The notes below the pieces were generated by a model. That model ran no database searches. It was not told the DNA's origin and worked only from the letters and a program-made list of their open reading frames with translations. Below, piece after piece: positions 43,618-53,590 of a DNA stretch of 64,000 nucleotides; position 1 is the first letter of the stretch, and the number at the start of each line of letters is the position of its first letter. The translations under genes were made by a program, and so were the position numbers. The stretch is from an uncultured Gemmatimonadales bacterium (GTDB taxonomy: Bacteria > Gemmatimonadota > Gemmatimonadetes > Gemmatimonadales > GWC2-71-9), in assembly GCA_963751925.1 (NCBI GenBank), contig CAVVWJ010000001.1, forward strand, positions 452,497-516,496. The letters are read 5' to 3'.

Positions 43618-44214
43618 CTACACCGTCCCGCCCAAAGCCCGCAGCGCCTGATCTCCATAAAACAGCTTGATGTACTTCGCCTGGGTGACCGACAGTCGCC
43701 GCACGGCCCAGGAGAGATGAACGAAGTGCGGCTCGCGCGGGGCACCGATCGGGTGCATGCCGCATTCCTCCGGCAGATGGTTACCCTTCCGGGTATTACA
43801 GGAGCTGCAGGCAGTCACCACGTTGGCCCATTCATTGTCTCCACCCCGCGAGAGCGGGATTAGATGATCCCGGGTGAGACACTCACGGTGACGCAGATCC
43901 GACTGCGCTCGATGGCAGTACTGGCAGCGGTAACCATCTCGAGCGAAGAGGAATGTGTTGGTGACTTGGCGACGAAAGCGGCGGGGGACGTGGACGAATT
44001 TGACGAGTCGTATGATTGCAGGTTTGGGCAGCGTCAGACGTTCGCTTCGAACGCAGTCGCTTCCATCAGACTCGACGATCTCGGCTTTGCCCTCGATCAC
44101 CAGACGGAGGGCACGCCGGACCGGTACCATCGTGAGCGGCTCAAAGGAGGCGTTCAACGCCAGACACCGCAAGGGACTTCTCCCGAGATGCGATGAGACG
44201 GGGATGAGATCCAC
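43618..44214 (-). CDS. HNH endonuclease family protein
   Basis: CQYCHRAQ...LTRDHLIPLSRGGDNEWANVVTACSSCNTRKGNH, an HNH/zinc-finger motif. Confidence 0.85.
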   Translation of the reverse strand: MDLIPVSSHLGRSPLRCLALNASFEPLTMVPVRRALRLVIEGKAEIVESDGSDCVRSERLTLPKPAIIRLVKFVHVPRRFRRQVTNTFLFARDGYRCQYCHRAQSDLRHRECLTRDHLIPLSRGGDNEWANVVTACSSCNTRKGNHLPEECGMHPIGAPREPHFVHLSWAVRRLSVTQAKYIKLFYGDQALRALGGTV

Positions 44215-44344
44215 GCCGGCTATCTCGAACGCACCGGGCGACGAGCAGCCGGGTTTTTCATAGCCAATGTGGCGTGACTCACAGCGTTCCAGAATCGTAA
44301 TGTGCGACTAGTACCGGAGCAAGGGAACCATTCAAGGAGCATGC

Positions 44345-45631
44345 GTGAGCTCGCTCGGTGGACTCGGGACACTTTGGCGCGGCGCACGCCGCGGTAAGCG
44401 AGAGCAATGGTATACCCGTGACCGGGTTTGCGAATTGCAGCTCTCGCGCCTTCAGCGGCTTGCGCGCGTGGCGATTGCCAGCCCCTACTACAAGGCCGCG
44501 TTCGAGACTGCAGGTATCGCGCCGCGGGATCTGAACTCACTGGATGACCTCGCCCGTCTGCCGGTCCTTGAGAAAGCCGTCCTGCAGCAGCAGGGGGAGG
44601 AGCTACTCACCCGTGAGATCCCGCCGGGAGCCGTCACGGTCGCTACCTCAGGCTCCACCGGTCAACCCCTCAGGGTGCAACGCTCAACCAGCGACCAGGC
44701 CCAGGTTTCGGCCGTGTGGGCCCGGATCTTCGATTCCTACGGCCGGAGGCTCTTCGATCGCCAGGTAAACATCGGCTCGGGGCGCGCCGTCGTTCGGAAG
44801 GGCCCAGCTGCACTCCTGAGAAAACTTGGGCTCCTCAGAGTGTATCAGCTCTCCAGCTTCGACCCAATGGACCAGCAGATCGACCTGCTCCGCAGGGTCA
44901 AGCCGCAGCTGCTCAGCGCATACGGCATCGGACTGGAGCTGGTCGCCGAGGCGGTGGTCCAGGCGCGAGTCACCGATATCAGACCGCGCATCGTCTACAC
45001 CAGTGGAACCGCGCTCAGCCCGCGCGGCAGAGGCCTGGCCCAAGAGGCGTTCGGCAAGCGCCCGCTGGACGTGTACGCTGCGAACGAGGTGGGACCGATT
45101 GCCTGGGAATGTCCAGTGAATCGCGGGTTTCTTCATCTCAACGACGACACTCAGATAACCGAGATAGTCAACGAGGCGGGACAGCCTGTCCCTATCGGAG
45201 AAGTCGGTCAGGTGGTGGTGACCCAACTGTTGTGCTTCACTCAGCCGATCATCCGCTACCGCATTGGCGACCAGGCCCAGCTACATCCGGGTAACTGCCC
45301 CTGTGGCCGTGGCATGCGAGTGATGAGTCCGGTGTTGGGGCGCACCCAGCATGTCATCCACGCACCGGATGGTCGAACACTGAACACCGTTGTCGTCTCG
45401 GCTATTCTCGGCGTGATGCCGGAGGTGAGACGATATCAGGTTCAGCAGACCGGACCCCGTGACCTGTTGATACTGATCGTTCCAGGAACTGGCTGGACCA
45501 CGGGGACGGAAGGTGCGGTCCAGCTGAAGTTCCGCGAACGCCTGGGAGATGCCTTCGAGTATCGCCTGCTGGCGGTGGATGACATCCGGCTCGCTCCAGG
45601 GGGAAAGTTCCAGACCATCGTCCCGCTCTGA
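44345..45631 (+). CDS. Phenylacetate-CoA ligase family / coenzyme F390 synthetase-like (CapK-like) adenylate-forming enzyme
   Basis: 428 aa with a GTG start. QLSRLQRLARVAIASPYYKAAFETAGI...LDDLARLPVLEKA, the AMP motif ATSGSTGQPL, and YTSGTALSP. Confidence 0.8.
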   Translation: MSSLGGLGTLWRGARRGKREQWYTRDRVCELQLSRLQRLARVAIASPYYKAAFETAGIAPRDLNSLDDLARLPVLEKAVLQQQGEELLTREIPPGAVTVATSGSTGQPLRVQRSTSDQAQVSAVWARIFDSYGRRLFDRQVNIGSGRAVVRKGPAALLRKLGLLRVYQLSSFDPMDQQIDLLRRVKPQLLSAYGIGLELVAEAVVQARVTDIRPRIVYTSGTALSPRGRGLAQEAFGKRPLDVYAANEVGPIAWECPVNRGFLHLNDDTQITEIVNEAGQPVPIGEVGQVVVTQLLCFTQPIIRYRIGDQAQLHPGNCPCGRGMRVMSPVLGRTQHVIHAPDGRTLNTVVVSAILGVMPEVRRYQVQQTGPRDLLILIVPGTGWTTGTEGAVQLKFRERLGDAFEYRLLAVDDIRLAPGGKFQTIVPL

Positions 45632-45646
45632 CCAACCGGCAACTTC

Positions 45647-46090
45647 CTACTTCACCATCTTCTGAATACGCTTGGCAATCTCCTGCCGAAGTCGCTGGCT
45701 GCGAGTAATCACCAGCACGGTGTCATCCCCCGCGATCGTACCGATGATCTCGTTCCAGCCGGCCTGATCAAGTGCCTCGGTCACTGCCCCTGCGGATCCA
45801 CTAGCCGTCTTGAGAACCAGAAACGGCCCTACCCCATCCAAGCTCACCAGCAACGCCGGGAGCACATGCCCCAGCTCCGGTCGCACCGCTGAGCGATGGG
45901 GATGGGTGTAGAACGAACCGCCTTGCGGGTCGGCCAGCTTGGCGAGCCCGAGCTCCCGGATGTCTCGCGACAGAGTTGCCTGGGTGACCACAAAGCCGTC
46001 ATCCGACAGAGCTTCTCGAAGCTCGTCCTGGCTTTCGATCCTGCGCTCCCGGACGATCCGGAGCACAGCGGCGTGGCGTTGGATCTTCAT
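45647..46090 (-). CDS. argR: Arginine repressor ArgR
   Basis: 147 aa. SQDELREALSDDGFVVTQATLSRDIRELGL and C-terminal GTIAGDDTVLVI. Confidence 0.92.
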   Translation of the reverse strand: MKIQRHAAVLRIVRERRIESQDELREALSDDGFVVTQATLSRDIRELGLAKLADPQGGSFYTHPHRSAVRPELGHVLPALLVSLDGVGPFLVLKTASGSAGAVTEALDQAGWNEIIGTIAGDDTVLVITRSQRLRQEIAKRIQKMVK

Positions 46091-47379
46091 GCGCGGAAGA
46101 CTTCCCTTCCTCCCAGACAGGTCAGCACCACGTCTCCCGGGCCGCTGGCCAGAACCTGCTCCGCCGGTGGCGCATTCAGCGCAGCGTCAATCGCGATCAC
46201 AGCGCAATCGCCCCACTTACCCGCCCGCAAGCTTCCGATCTCGTGATCGAGGTTCAGCGCCCGAGCGCCTCCCAGGGTGCACATCGCGATCACCTGATTT
46301 GCTGTGAGACGAGCCAGCTCCCGGGCAGCCCTCGCTTCGGCCAGCAGGTCCAGCGCGCCCACGCTCACTTCCGAGTCGGTGCCGATGCCCACCGGAATCC
46401 CCGCCTCGAGGAGTGGTGTGAGTGGCGCCGCGCCGTGGCCATGATTCCGATTCGACAAGGGGCAGTGCGCCACGCTCGCGCCGGCATATGCCATCAGCCT
46501 GATGTCGTCCGATCCGACCCGGATGCCGTGAATACAGAGCGTCTGGCTGCTGAGCACATGATGCCGGGACAGCCAGGCTATCGGACTGAGACCCAGCGGC
46601 TGTGGTAACGGAATGCCTCGACGCTTCCATGCCTCAGCGAACTCGCCGGAGCCGTCCGACAACAATCGGGACTCGTCCAGGGACTCGGCGATGTGCACCG
46701 CGAGTGGCAAGCGTTCTCTCTGCGCCCAGGCTGCAACCGATCGGAACAGGGCACCGCTGACGGTGTAGGGAGCGTGAGGCGACACACCGACATGGAGCCG
46801 TCTGGTGGTGCGCGCGCGTAACTTTTCGACTCGGCCGCGCAGGCCTGCCAGGCTTTCCTCCTCCTGGGCGGGATCAGGTCCAAACACCTCCTGATAGACG
46901 ATGCCTGAACCATCCACCTCAGCAAGCGCCTCAAACACTGATCCCGTGTCACCAGTATCCGCGACAGTGGTGACCCCGGACGCGAAACAGCGTCGCAGTC
47001 CGGTGCGGGCCGCCTCTACGTACTCGACTGGAGTGCGGGTGGACTTCAGCTCCCGCAGTCGCCGGATCCAGGCCGCAAAGTCTGGCTCCGTCACTTGCTC
47101 GAAGCCAGTTAGTTCCAGATGGGTGTGGGTATTGATGAGACCAGGGAGTATAACAGAATTGCCGAAATCTTCCGACGGTACTCCGGCCGGGCGGGGGACC
47201 TCGCGCTCCCCACCTGCCGCCTGTACCCGGCCATCCTCACCGATCAGAATGGCGCCATGCTCGATCGCGCGGCTCTCCACCGGCAGCAGCCAGCGAGCAG
47301 AGAGGCGGCACGCCCGAGACTCAGTGATCCGGTTTGCCCGCGGGGCCGGCTCCTCCCATGACCCCCGAGGTACCTCCAC
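46087..47379 (-). CDS. Metal-dependent amidohydrolase (cytosine/guanine/MTA-deaminase-like chlorohydrolase family)
   Basis: GLINTHTHLELTG, SPHAPYTVS, VHIAES, HGI, IGTDS. The only canonical in-frame start (47379) overlaps the 3' end of the PBP1A gene by 59 bp. Confidence 0.8.
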   Translation of the reverse strand: MEVPRGSWEEPAPRANRITESRACRLSARWLLPVESRAIEHGAILIGEDGRVQAAGGEREVPRPAGVPSEDFGNSVILPGLINTHTHLELTGFEQVTEPDFAAWIRRLRELKSTRTPVEYVEAARTGLRRCFASGVTTVADTGDTGSVFEALAEVDGSGIVYQEVFGPDPAQEEESLAGLRGRVEKLRARTTRRLHVGVSPHAPYTVSGALFRSVAAWAQRERLPLAVHIAESLDESRLLSDGSGEFAEAWKRRGIPLPQPLGLSPIAWLSRHHVLSSQTLCIHGIRVGSDDIRLMAYAGASVAHCPLSNRNHGHGAAPLTPLLEAGIPVGIGTDSEVSVGALDLLAEARAARELARLTANQVIAMCTLGGARALNLDHEIGSLRAGKWGDCAVIAIDAALNAPPAEQVLASGPGDVVLTCLGGREVFRA

Positions 47380-49606
47380 TCGTGGCAGTCCCCTGCTTGG
47401 TCGGCTGGTTGGGGGCGGGTGGCGAAGTAGGTCCCGTCAGCGGTGCCGAGGGATTCTGGTTTGGCTCCGGTGCATCCCCGCCGAGAACACCGATCGAGCC
47501 GAAGGGTGAGTGCACCGGACAGAACTGGGTAGGCTCGGTCCCGGGGATGAACGATTCGATGTAGTGCACATCCTTGGGGCAGAAGGGCGTCGCCTTGTAG
47601 CCCGTGGTCTTGTCTATGTCGAGCGCGCCCAGTCCGGCCGGTCTGGGCCAGGCCGTCGGAATGGTTCGGCGCTCGTAGACTTCATTCATCATTGCCGTCC
47701 ACGCTGGGGCGGCCAGCACTCCACCCTGGGCATTGGCCTTGATCTTCTTGGGCTGGTCAAAGCCGATCCACATGCCCGTGACCATGTCGGGGGTGAAGCC
47801 AATGAACCAGACGTCGTTCCCGTCGTTGGTTGTCCCGGTCTTGCCGCCGGCCGGAAAGTTGATTCTGGCGCCGACCGATCCCACTGCCGTGCCATGGCGA
47901 ACCACGTCTCTCAACACGTCGGTCATGAGCCAGGCATGCAGGGTGTCCATCACAGCAGCGGTTCGAACGCCGGGCTGCCACACGATTTTCCCTGCTCGGT
48001 CTTCGACGCGCAGTATCGCGTTGGGGATGGTACGGGTCCCGAGGTTGGCGAAGGTGGTGTAGGCCGCAATCATCTCCAGTGGAATGACGTCGGCCGAGCC
48101 GATGTGTATCGAAGGAAACGCCGGTACCCGTGTCGTTAACCCGAATTTCGCCGCTTCGCTGATGACCGCCTGCTCTCCCAACTCCATGCCCAGCTTGACC
48201 GCGATGATGTTGCGGGAGAGATAGAGCGCTCGCCTCAGCGTCATCGGGCCGTCAAACTCGAGATCATAGTTCTGGGGCGCCCACGGTGGCTGAGTCGGGT
48301 CGAGCTCGACGCTGAGCGGGTCATCCACCATCACGTGTGACAGGGGATAGCCCGCCTCCACGGCGGCCGAGTAGACCACCGGCTTGAAGGTCGACCCTGG
48401 CTGACGCAGAGCCTGGGTAGCACGGTTGAACTTGCTGTCCTCGAAGTCGCGCCCGCCCACCATCGCCCGTATGTAGCCGGTTTTGGCCTCCAGCGTGACG
48501 GCCAGTCCCTGCAGGTATGGTGTCGTAGTCCGGCTGTTGTCCTCCGGGGCATCGGCTCGCGATTCGATATACTGGCGGTACGTCTGGTGGGGAAACTTTC
48601 CGTCGGCACCGTTCTCAATGGCCTCGAGACGGGCCTCGAGGGCTCGTTCGGCGGCCTGCTGGATATCGAGGTCCAGGCTGGTGTAAATCCGGTACCCGGA
48701 GGTATAGAGCTCCCGGCCATAGCGAGCCTCCAACTGCTGTCGCACATACTCGACGAAATATTCGGCGACACCACTGAAGTCCGAATGCGACGAAAGCAGG
48801 AGCGGGTACGCCTTCCACCGCTCGGTGTCATCGGTGGTCAGGAAGCCGCTGTCGCGAAGAAGGTTCAGGACGGTGTTGCGGCGCTGGATATTGAGGTTTG
48901 GGTTGCGCCGTGGGTTGTAGCGTGATGGTCCCTTGGGGATCGCCGCCAGCGTGGCCGCCTCGGCCACATTGAGATCGCGAACTGACTTCCCAAAATATCG
49001 CTGCGACGCGGCTTCGACGCCGTAGGCCCCATTTCCGAGTGGTATCTGGTTCAGGTATATCTCGAGGATCTTGTCCTTGGGATATTTTCGCTCGATCTCC
49101 AGTGCGACGTGCGCCTCACGCAGCTTCCGCCGCAGTGACTTGTCGCGGCCGCTGATGTCCTCGACCCAGATGTTGCGGGCCAGCTGCATGGTGATCGTGG
49201 AAAACCCTTCGGCAAAACGGAGGGCGAATACGTTGGTCCTGATGGCGCCGAAGACGCGGTACCAGTCGATACCATGGTGCTTGTAGAAGCGTTTGTCCTC
49301 AGTCGCGAGAAACGCCACCTTGACGAAGGGCGACATCTCTCCCAGCGGTACCACCGTGCGCCGCTCCAAACCCAGATCCGTGATCAGTCGGCCGTCGGCG
49401 GCGTAGACCTTGGAGGCCTGGTTCGGATCGTAGACCCCAAGCTCCTCGATCGAAGGGCAGGTGTTTCCGGCGCAGGCACGGCTCCACGCAGCAGCAAGGA
49501 AGGCCAATCCCAACGCAATGGTTGCGAGGACGCCGACCAGTAGACCGCGGCGGGCACGTGGCGAGAGCCGGACGCGCTTGGTAATGGAATCCGGCAGGAG
49601 GGGCAT
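47321..49606 (-). CDS. Class A penicillin-binding protein (PBP1A: GT51 transglycosylase plus transpeptidase)
   Basis: 761 aa. ATEDKRFYKHHGID, RKLREA, STFKP, SRN and KTGTT, with a Pro/Gly-rich C-terminal tail. Confidence 0.93.
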   Translation of the reverse strand: MPLLPDSITKRVRLSPRARRGLLVGVLATIALGLAFLAAAWSRACAGNTCPSIEELGVYDPNQASKVYAADGRLITDLGLERRTVVPLGEMSPFVKVAFLATEDKRFYKHHGIDWYRVFGAIRTNVFALRFAEGFSTITMQLARNIWVEDISGRDKSLRRKLREAHVALEIERKYPKDKILEIYLNQIPLGNGAYGVEAASQRYFGKSVRDLNVAEAATLAAIPKGPSRYNPRRNPNLNIQRRNTVLNLLRDSGFLTTDDTERWKAYPLLLSSHSDFSGVAEYFVEYVRQQLEARYGRELYTSGYRIYTSLDLDIQQAAERALEARLEAIENGADGKFPHQTYRQYIESRADAPEDNSRTTTPYLQGLAVTLEAKTGYIRAMVGGRDFEDSKFNRATQALRQPGSTFKPVVYSAAVEAGYPLSHVMVDDPLSVELDPTQPPWAPQNYDLEFDGPMTLRRALYLSRNIIAVKLGMELGEQAVISEAAKFGLTTRVPAFPSIHIGSADVIPLEMIAAYTTFANLGTRTIPNAILRVEDRAGKIVWQPGVRTAAVMDTLHAWLMTDVLRDVVRHGTAVGSVGARINFPAGGKTGTTNDGNDVWFIGFTPDMVTGMWIGFDQPKKIKANAQGGVLAAPAWTAMMNEVYERRTIPTAWPRPAGLGALDIDKTTGYKATPFCPKDVHYIESFIPGTEPTQFCPVHSPFGSIGVLGGDAPEPNQNPSAPLTGPTSPPAPNQPTKQGTATSGGTSGVMGGAGPAGKPDH

Positions 49607-49660
49607 GGTCGCAAGCTAGCCGATTGCGACGCTCGATTCCAGCGGGTACCATTGGCGCCT

Positions 49661-50920
49661 ATGAACGAGCTGCTCAAGACTTTGACGGCGCGCGAGCTTC
49701 TGCAGGACGACACCTCGGGGCTGGATGAGCGGCTCGACCAGGGCCCGATCACCGCCTACGTCGGGCTCGACCCCACCGCGGATTCGCTGCACGTCGGAAG
49801 TCTCGTCCCGATCCTGGGAGCGGCGTGGCTGCAGCGCTTCGGGCACACGCCGATCGTGCTGATGGGCGGTGGCACTGGCATGGTGGGAGATCCCAGCGGT
49901 AAGCGGTCGGAGCGGCCCATCATGCCTGTGGAAGAGATCGACCGCAACGTGGAAGCCATCTCCCGGCAAGTCGGGAGGTTTCTCGACTTCGAGACCACCA
50001 CCAGCAATGCCGCGCAGCTACGAAACAATGCGGACTGGCTTCGACGGGTTCCCCTCATGGACTTCCTTCGTGACACGGGAAAGCACCTGACGCTCGGCTT
50101 CATGCTGCAGAAGGAGAGCGTACGCAGCCGGCTGGAGACCGGGATCAGCTACACCGAATTCAGCTACATGGCGATTCAGGCCTACGACTTCTGGCACCTC
50201 TTCGTCCATGAGAGCTGCGAGCTTCAGATTGGTGGGAGTGACCAGTGGGGCAACATCACCGCCGGCATCGAGCTGATCGGGAAGCGCGAGGGGCGGCAAG
50301 CGTTCGGTCTGGTCTTCCCGCTAGTGACGAATACCTCGGGGACCAAGTTCGGAAAGAGCGAAGCCGGAAACATCTGGCTCGATCCGGCAAAGACCAGCCC
50401 GTACCAGTTCTATCAGTTCTGGATCAACACCGACGATCGAGATGTGTCGCGCTATCTCAAGATGTTCACCTTCCTGCCACTGGAGGAGATTGCTGCTGCC
50501 TACGTGGCACACGTTCGTGACCCCGGGAAAAGACCTCAGCAACGGCTCCTCGCCTTCGAGGTCACGGCGATGGTCCATGGCACAGCCGCCGCAGAACAGG
50601 CTGTCCAGGCAAGTGAGTCGCTCTTCGGAGGGACCAATCCGGGAGACGCGGGTCTCGTGGAGATCCCTGAAAAAAGAATTTCCCGAGCGGCGCTGCGGGA
50701 TCTATCCGTCGTAGAGCTGCTGGTGGCGAGCGGGCTGGCAAGCTCGAAGTCGGACGCTCGACGTGGTATCCAGGGACGTGGGTTCTATTTGAACGACGAA
50801 CCGATCGAGACGGCCGACCTCGAGTTGATGGAGAACCAGCTCCAGGGGGGTCCCGGAAAACGATTCGTCATTCTGCGGAAGGGAAAGAGGAATTACGTGC
50901 GACTTGTGCTCGACCCTTAG
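49661..50920 (+). CDS. tyrS: Tyrosine--tRNA ligase
   Basis: MNELLKTLTARELLQD, PTADSLHVGSL (HIGH region), KFGKS (KMSKS region), and a C-terminal S4-like domain. The ORF-track TTG start at 49652 is an alternative. Confidence 0.93.
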   Translation: MNELLKTLTARELLQDDTSGLDERLDQGPITAYVGLDPTADSLHVGSLVPILGAAWLQRFGHTPIVLMGGGTGMVGDPSGKRSERPIMPVEEIDRNVEAISRQVGRFLDFETTTSNAAQLRNNADWLRRVPLMDFLRDTGKHLTLGFMLQKESVRSRLETGISYTEFSYMAIQAYDFWHLFVHESCELQIGGSDQWGNITAGIELIGKREGRQAFGLVFPLVTNTSGTKFGKSEAGNIWLDPAKTSPYQFYQFWINTDDRDVSRYLKMFTFLPLEEIAAAYVAHVRDPGKRPQQRLLAFEVTAMVHGTAAAEQAVQASESLFGGTNPGDAGLVEIPEKRISRAALRDLSVVELLVASGLASSKSDARRGIQGRGFYLNDEPIETADLELMENQLQGGPGKRFVILRKGKRNYVRLVLDP

Positions 50921-50921
50921 C

Positions 50922-52487
50922 TCACCAGCGGCTCCTTCTCGTGCTGGCGCTTCGCGGCGGTTTTGCGCCCAGCAGCCCGAACAGCCCTCGCACCACCTCG
51001 CGCCCCACTGTCCGTCCAATCGACGAAGAGAGCGCGCCCACCACGGCGGCCCCCGCCACCTGTGCCATAGTCTTCTTTACTCGTGACGACGGCGCCGGCT
51101 CTTGAGCCGGAGCCCCGGTAGAGACTGCAGGTGCCGTTTTGGCCATGCGCCCGGCCAGCAGCTCTCGCGCGCTTTCCCGGTCAACTGACTTCCCGTACTC
51201 GGCCAGCAGGCTGGACTGCCTGATATCTGCCTGCAGCTCCTCCGGCGAGAGTGGAGCCATCCGCGAGGCCGGCGGGATCAGACGGGTGGCCACGACTGGG
51301 GTCGGCACTCCTCTCGCGTCCAGAACCGTCACGACCGCTTCACCGATGCCCAGCGAGGTGAGCGTCTCTTCCAGATCGTAAAACGTCGTCTTGGGAAAGG
51401 TTCGGACTGTCGCCTTGAGCGCGGTGTCATCATCAGGCGTATGCGACCGGAGCGCGTGCTGGATCCGGTTGCTGAGCTGCGCCAGCACGTCAGTTGGAAC
51501 ATCCTTGGGAGTCTGGGTGACGAAATAGACGCCAACGCCCTTGGACCGGATGAGGCGCACCACCTGCTGTACCTGGTCGAGAAAGGCCTTGGAGGCTTCG
51601 TCAAAGAGGAGGTGTGCCTCGTCGAAAAAGAAGGCCAGCTTGGGCTTCGGCAGATCTCCCGCCTCCGGCAGGTTGTGGTACAACTCCGCCAGCATCCACA
51701 TCATGAAAGTGGAGAAGAGCTTCGGCTTATCCGCGACATCGGGCAGCTCCAGGCAGGTCACCACGCCCCGGCCATCCGACGTCAGTTGCAACATGTCTTT
51801 CACGTCGAACTCGGGCTCACCGAAGAACTTGTCGGCGCCCTGTGCTTCCAGCTCGATCATGCTTCGAAGCAGCACGCCGACTGTCGCCCCCGACATTCCG
51901 CCATATTGCGCCAGTGCAGGCTTTCCCTCCGGCGAAGTCAGGAACTGCAACACCGCCCTCAGGTCTGACAGGTCGAGCAGTGGAAGCTGCGAATCGTCGC
52001 AATACTTGAAGACCATGGTGAGCACGCTGGTCTGGGTGTCGTTGAGCGACAGCACCTTTCCCAGGAGCAGCGGCCCAAACGAGCTGACGGTGGCCCGCAG
52101 CTGAACTCCCGCTGCACCGGTCAGGCTGACAAACTCGACCGGCGCTGCGGAGGCCTTCCAGTTCCAGCCGACCTCCTTGGCGCGGGCGAGCAATCGATCG
52201 TTCGGCTCGCCCGCGGCCGCGAGTCCGCTGAGATCGCCTTTCATGTCCGCGACGAACACCGGGACACCCTGGGCCGAGAGCTGGTCGGTAAGCAGCTGAA
52301 GCGTTCTGGTTTTGCCGGTGCCAGTGGCGCCGGCGATCAGACCATGCCGGTTCATCATGGCGAGGGGAATCTTGACCTTGGGCTCCTGGTCAACCGTCCC
52401 GGAGGACTCCAGAGCGGCCCCCAGAATCACGGAAGGATCGGTATTACCGTAGCCGGCGACGAGTACTTCCTTGAACGTCGGTGCCAT
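50922..52487 (-). CDS. HerA-like helicase/ATPase, DUF853 (YjgR) family
   Basis: MNRHGLIAGATGTGKTRTLQ (Walker A), VFVADMKGDL, FFFDEAHLLF (Walker B). Confidence 0.85.
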   Translation of the reverse strand: MAPTFKEVLVAGYGNTDPSVILGAALESSGTVDQEPKVKIPLAMMNRHGLIAGATGTGKTRTLQLLTDQLSAQGVPVFVADMKGDLSGLAAAGEPNDRLLARAKEVGWNWKASAAPVEFVSLTGAAGVQLRATVSSFGPLLLGKVLSLNDTQTSVLTMVFKYCDDSQLPLLDLSDLRAVLQFLTSPEGKPALAQYGGMSGATVGVLLRSMIELEAQGADKFFGEPEFDVKDMLQLTSDGRGVVTCLELPDVADKPKLFSTFMMWMLAELYHNLPEAGDLPKPKLAFFFDEAHLLFDEASKAFLDQVQQVVRLIRSKGVGVYFVTQTPKDVPTDVLAQLSNRIQHALRSHTPDDDTALKATVRTFPKTTFYDLEETLTSLGIGEAVVTVLDARGVPTPVVATRLIPPASRMAPLSPEELQADIRQSSLLAEYGKSVDRESARELLAGRMAKTAPAVSTGAPAQEPAPSSRVKKTMAQVAGAAVVGALSSSIGRTVGREVVRGLFGLLGAKPPRSASTRRSRW

Positions 52488-52525
52488 AGGTCCTCAGGGG
52501 ATGACGATGCTCGTGCTTTTTGCGC

Positions 52526-53590
52526 TCAGACCCGATCGAGCGTGTCTACCACGCGTTCCATCTCGTCCAGGGTGTTGTACAGATGCGGACTCATGCGAAT
52601 CGCGCCCTCCCGCATGCTGCAGATGATCTTGGCTGCCTTGAGCGCACGAAACGAGGCCGACACGTCAGGCGGTGCCAGACAGAGTATGCCTGACCCCCGG
52701 TCGCCGACCGGCGAGACTACCCGGGCTCCACTTCGGAGCGACCAGGCCAGGACAGGCGCGTGCAGCGCTCGCAGGTGGGCAGCGATGCGTTGGATGCCGA
52801 CCGACAGGAGCAGGTCGAGTGAGGCATTCATCCCCGCGAAATCCTGGTAGGGCAACGTGATCAGCTCGAAGCGCCGGGCATCGGCTCGCAAAGTATCGTC
52901 GTACTGGGTCAGGCGGCTGAAATCGTCGGTGCCCTCGAATGCCATCCAGCCCGTGATAGAGGGGTGAAGATCGCGAATCAACTCTCGCCGTACATACACA
53001 AACCCGGATCCCCAGGGCGACAGAAGCCACTTCTGGGCCCCGCACGCCAGGATGTCCACCGGGATCTCACTCACGTCAAGTGGAATCTGTCCCAACCCCT
53101 GGATGGCGTCGACCACGAGGTAGGTACCCGCAGCCCGGGTCGCGTCCGATAACCTGGCCAGATCCACGGCGTAGCCGTTGCTGAACTGCACCAGAGAGAC
53201 CGCCAGCACGCGCACCCGTGGGTCGGCCAGGCGCTCCAGCAGCCGTGCTTCGTCCGGCCACCCTTCCGGAGTTGTGGGCGCGAGCTCGAGGGTGACACCG
53301 ATGTCCTTGAGGCCCATCCAGGGGTAGACGTTGGCAGGAAACTCCTTGTCGCTCGCGAGCACGATGTCCCCCCGCTTGAGCGGGAGCGCCCGCGCGGCCA
53401 GGCTCAGGCCATAGCCGGTGTTGACCGTCAGACCGATTTCCTCTGGTAACGCGCCGATGAGGCGGGCAGCCAGCGAGCGGGACTCGGCCATGAGGGCAAA
53501 AAGATCCCGATCCGGCAACTGGAAAGGTTGTGATCGCTTGTGATTGAATGCTTCCACCGCGCACCTGGTACGTTCCGGCAGCGGACCCAC
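52526..53590 (-). CDS. Class V aminotransferase-fold PLP enzyme (cysteine desulfurase / isopenicillin-N epimerase-like). The true N-terminus probably lies upstream of the listed GTG.
   Basis: VVDAIQGLG, and ACGAQKWLLSPWGSGF with the PLP lysine in a QKW context. The in-frame upstream sequence encodes EEEFPWAAETTYLNHAS, which belongs to the family N-terminus (see findings). Confidence 0.8.
   Translation of the reverse strand: MGPLPERTRCAVEAFNHKRSQPFQLPDRDLFALMAESRSLAARLIGALPEEIGLTVNTGYGLSLAARALPLKRGDIVLASDKEFPANVYPWMGLKDIGVTLELAPTTPEGWPDEARLLERLADPRVRVLAVSLVQFSNGYAVDLARLSDATRAAGTYLVVDAIQGLGQIPLDVSEIPVDILACGAQKWLLSPWGSGFVYVRRELIRDLHPSITGWMAFEGTDDFSRLTQYDDTLRADARRFELITLPYQDFAGMNASLDLLLSVGIQRIAAHLRALHAPVLAWSLRSGARVVSPVGDRGSGILCLAPPDVSASFRALKAAKIICSMREGAIRMSPHLYNTLDEMERVVDTLDRV

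Noticed and set aside
50922-52487. The HerA-like DUF853 ATPase as the core of a phage-defence system, considered together with the HNH (43618-44214), NYN (14902-16536) and patatin (54649-55710) genes as a defence island.
   Set aside because: The genes are scattered over 40 kb. Each is embedded between housekeeping genes (tyrS, argR, mpg, an aminotransferase). None has the usual partners, such as Sir2 or DUF4297 next to HerA, or cyclases or sensors next to patatin. The DUF853/YjgR and small HNH families are widespread core-genome proteins. Nothing supports an operonic defence system.
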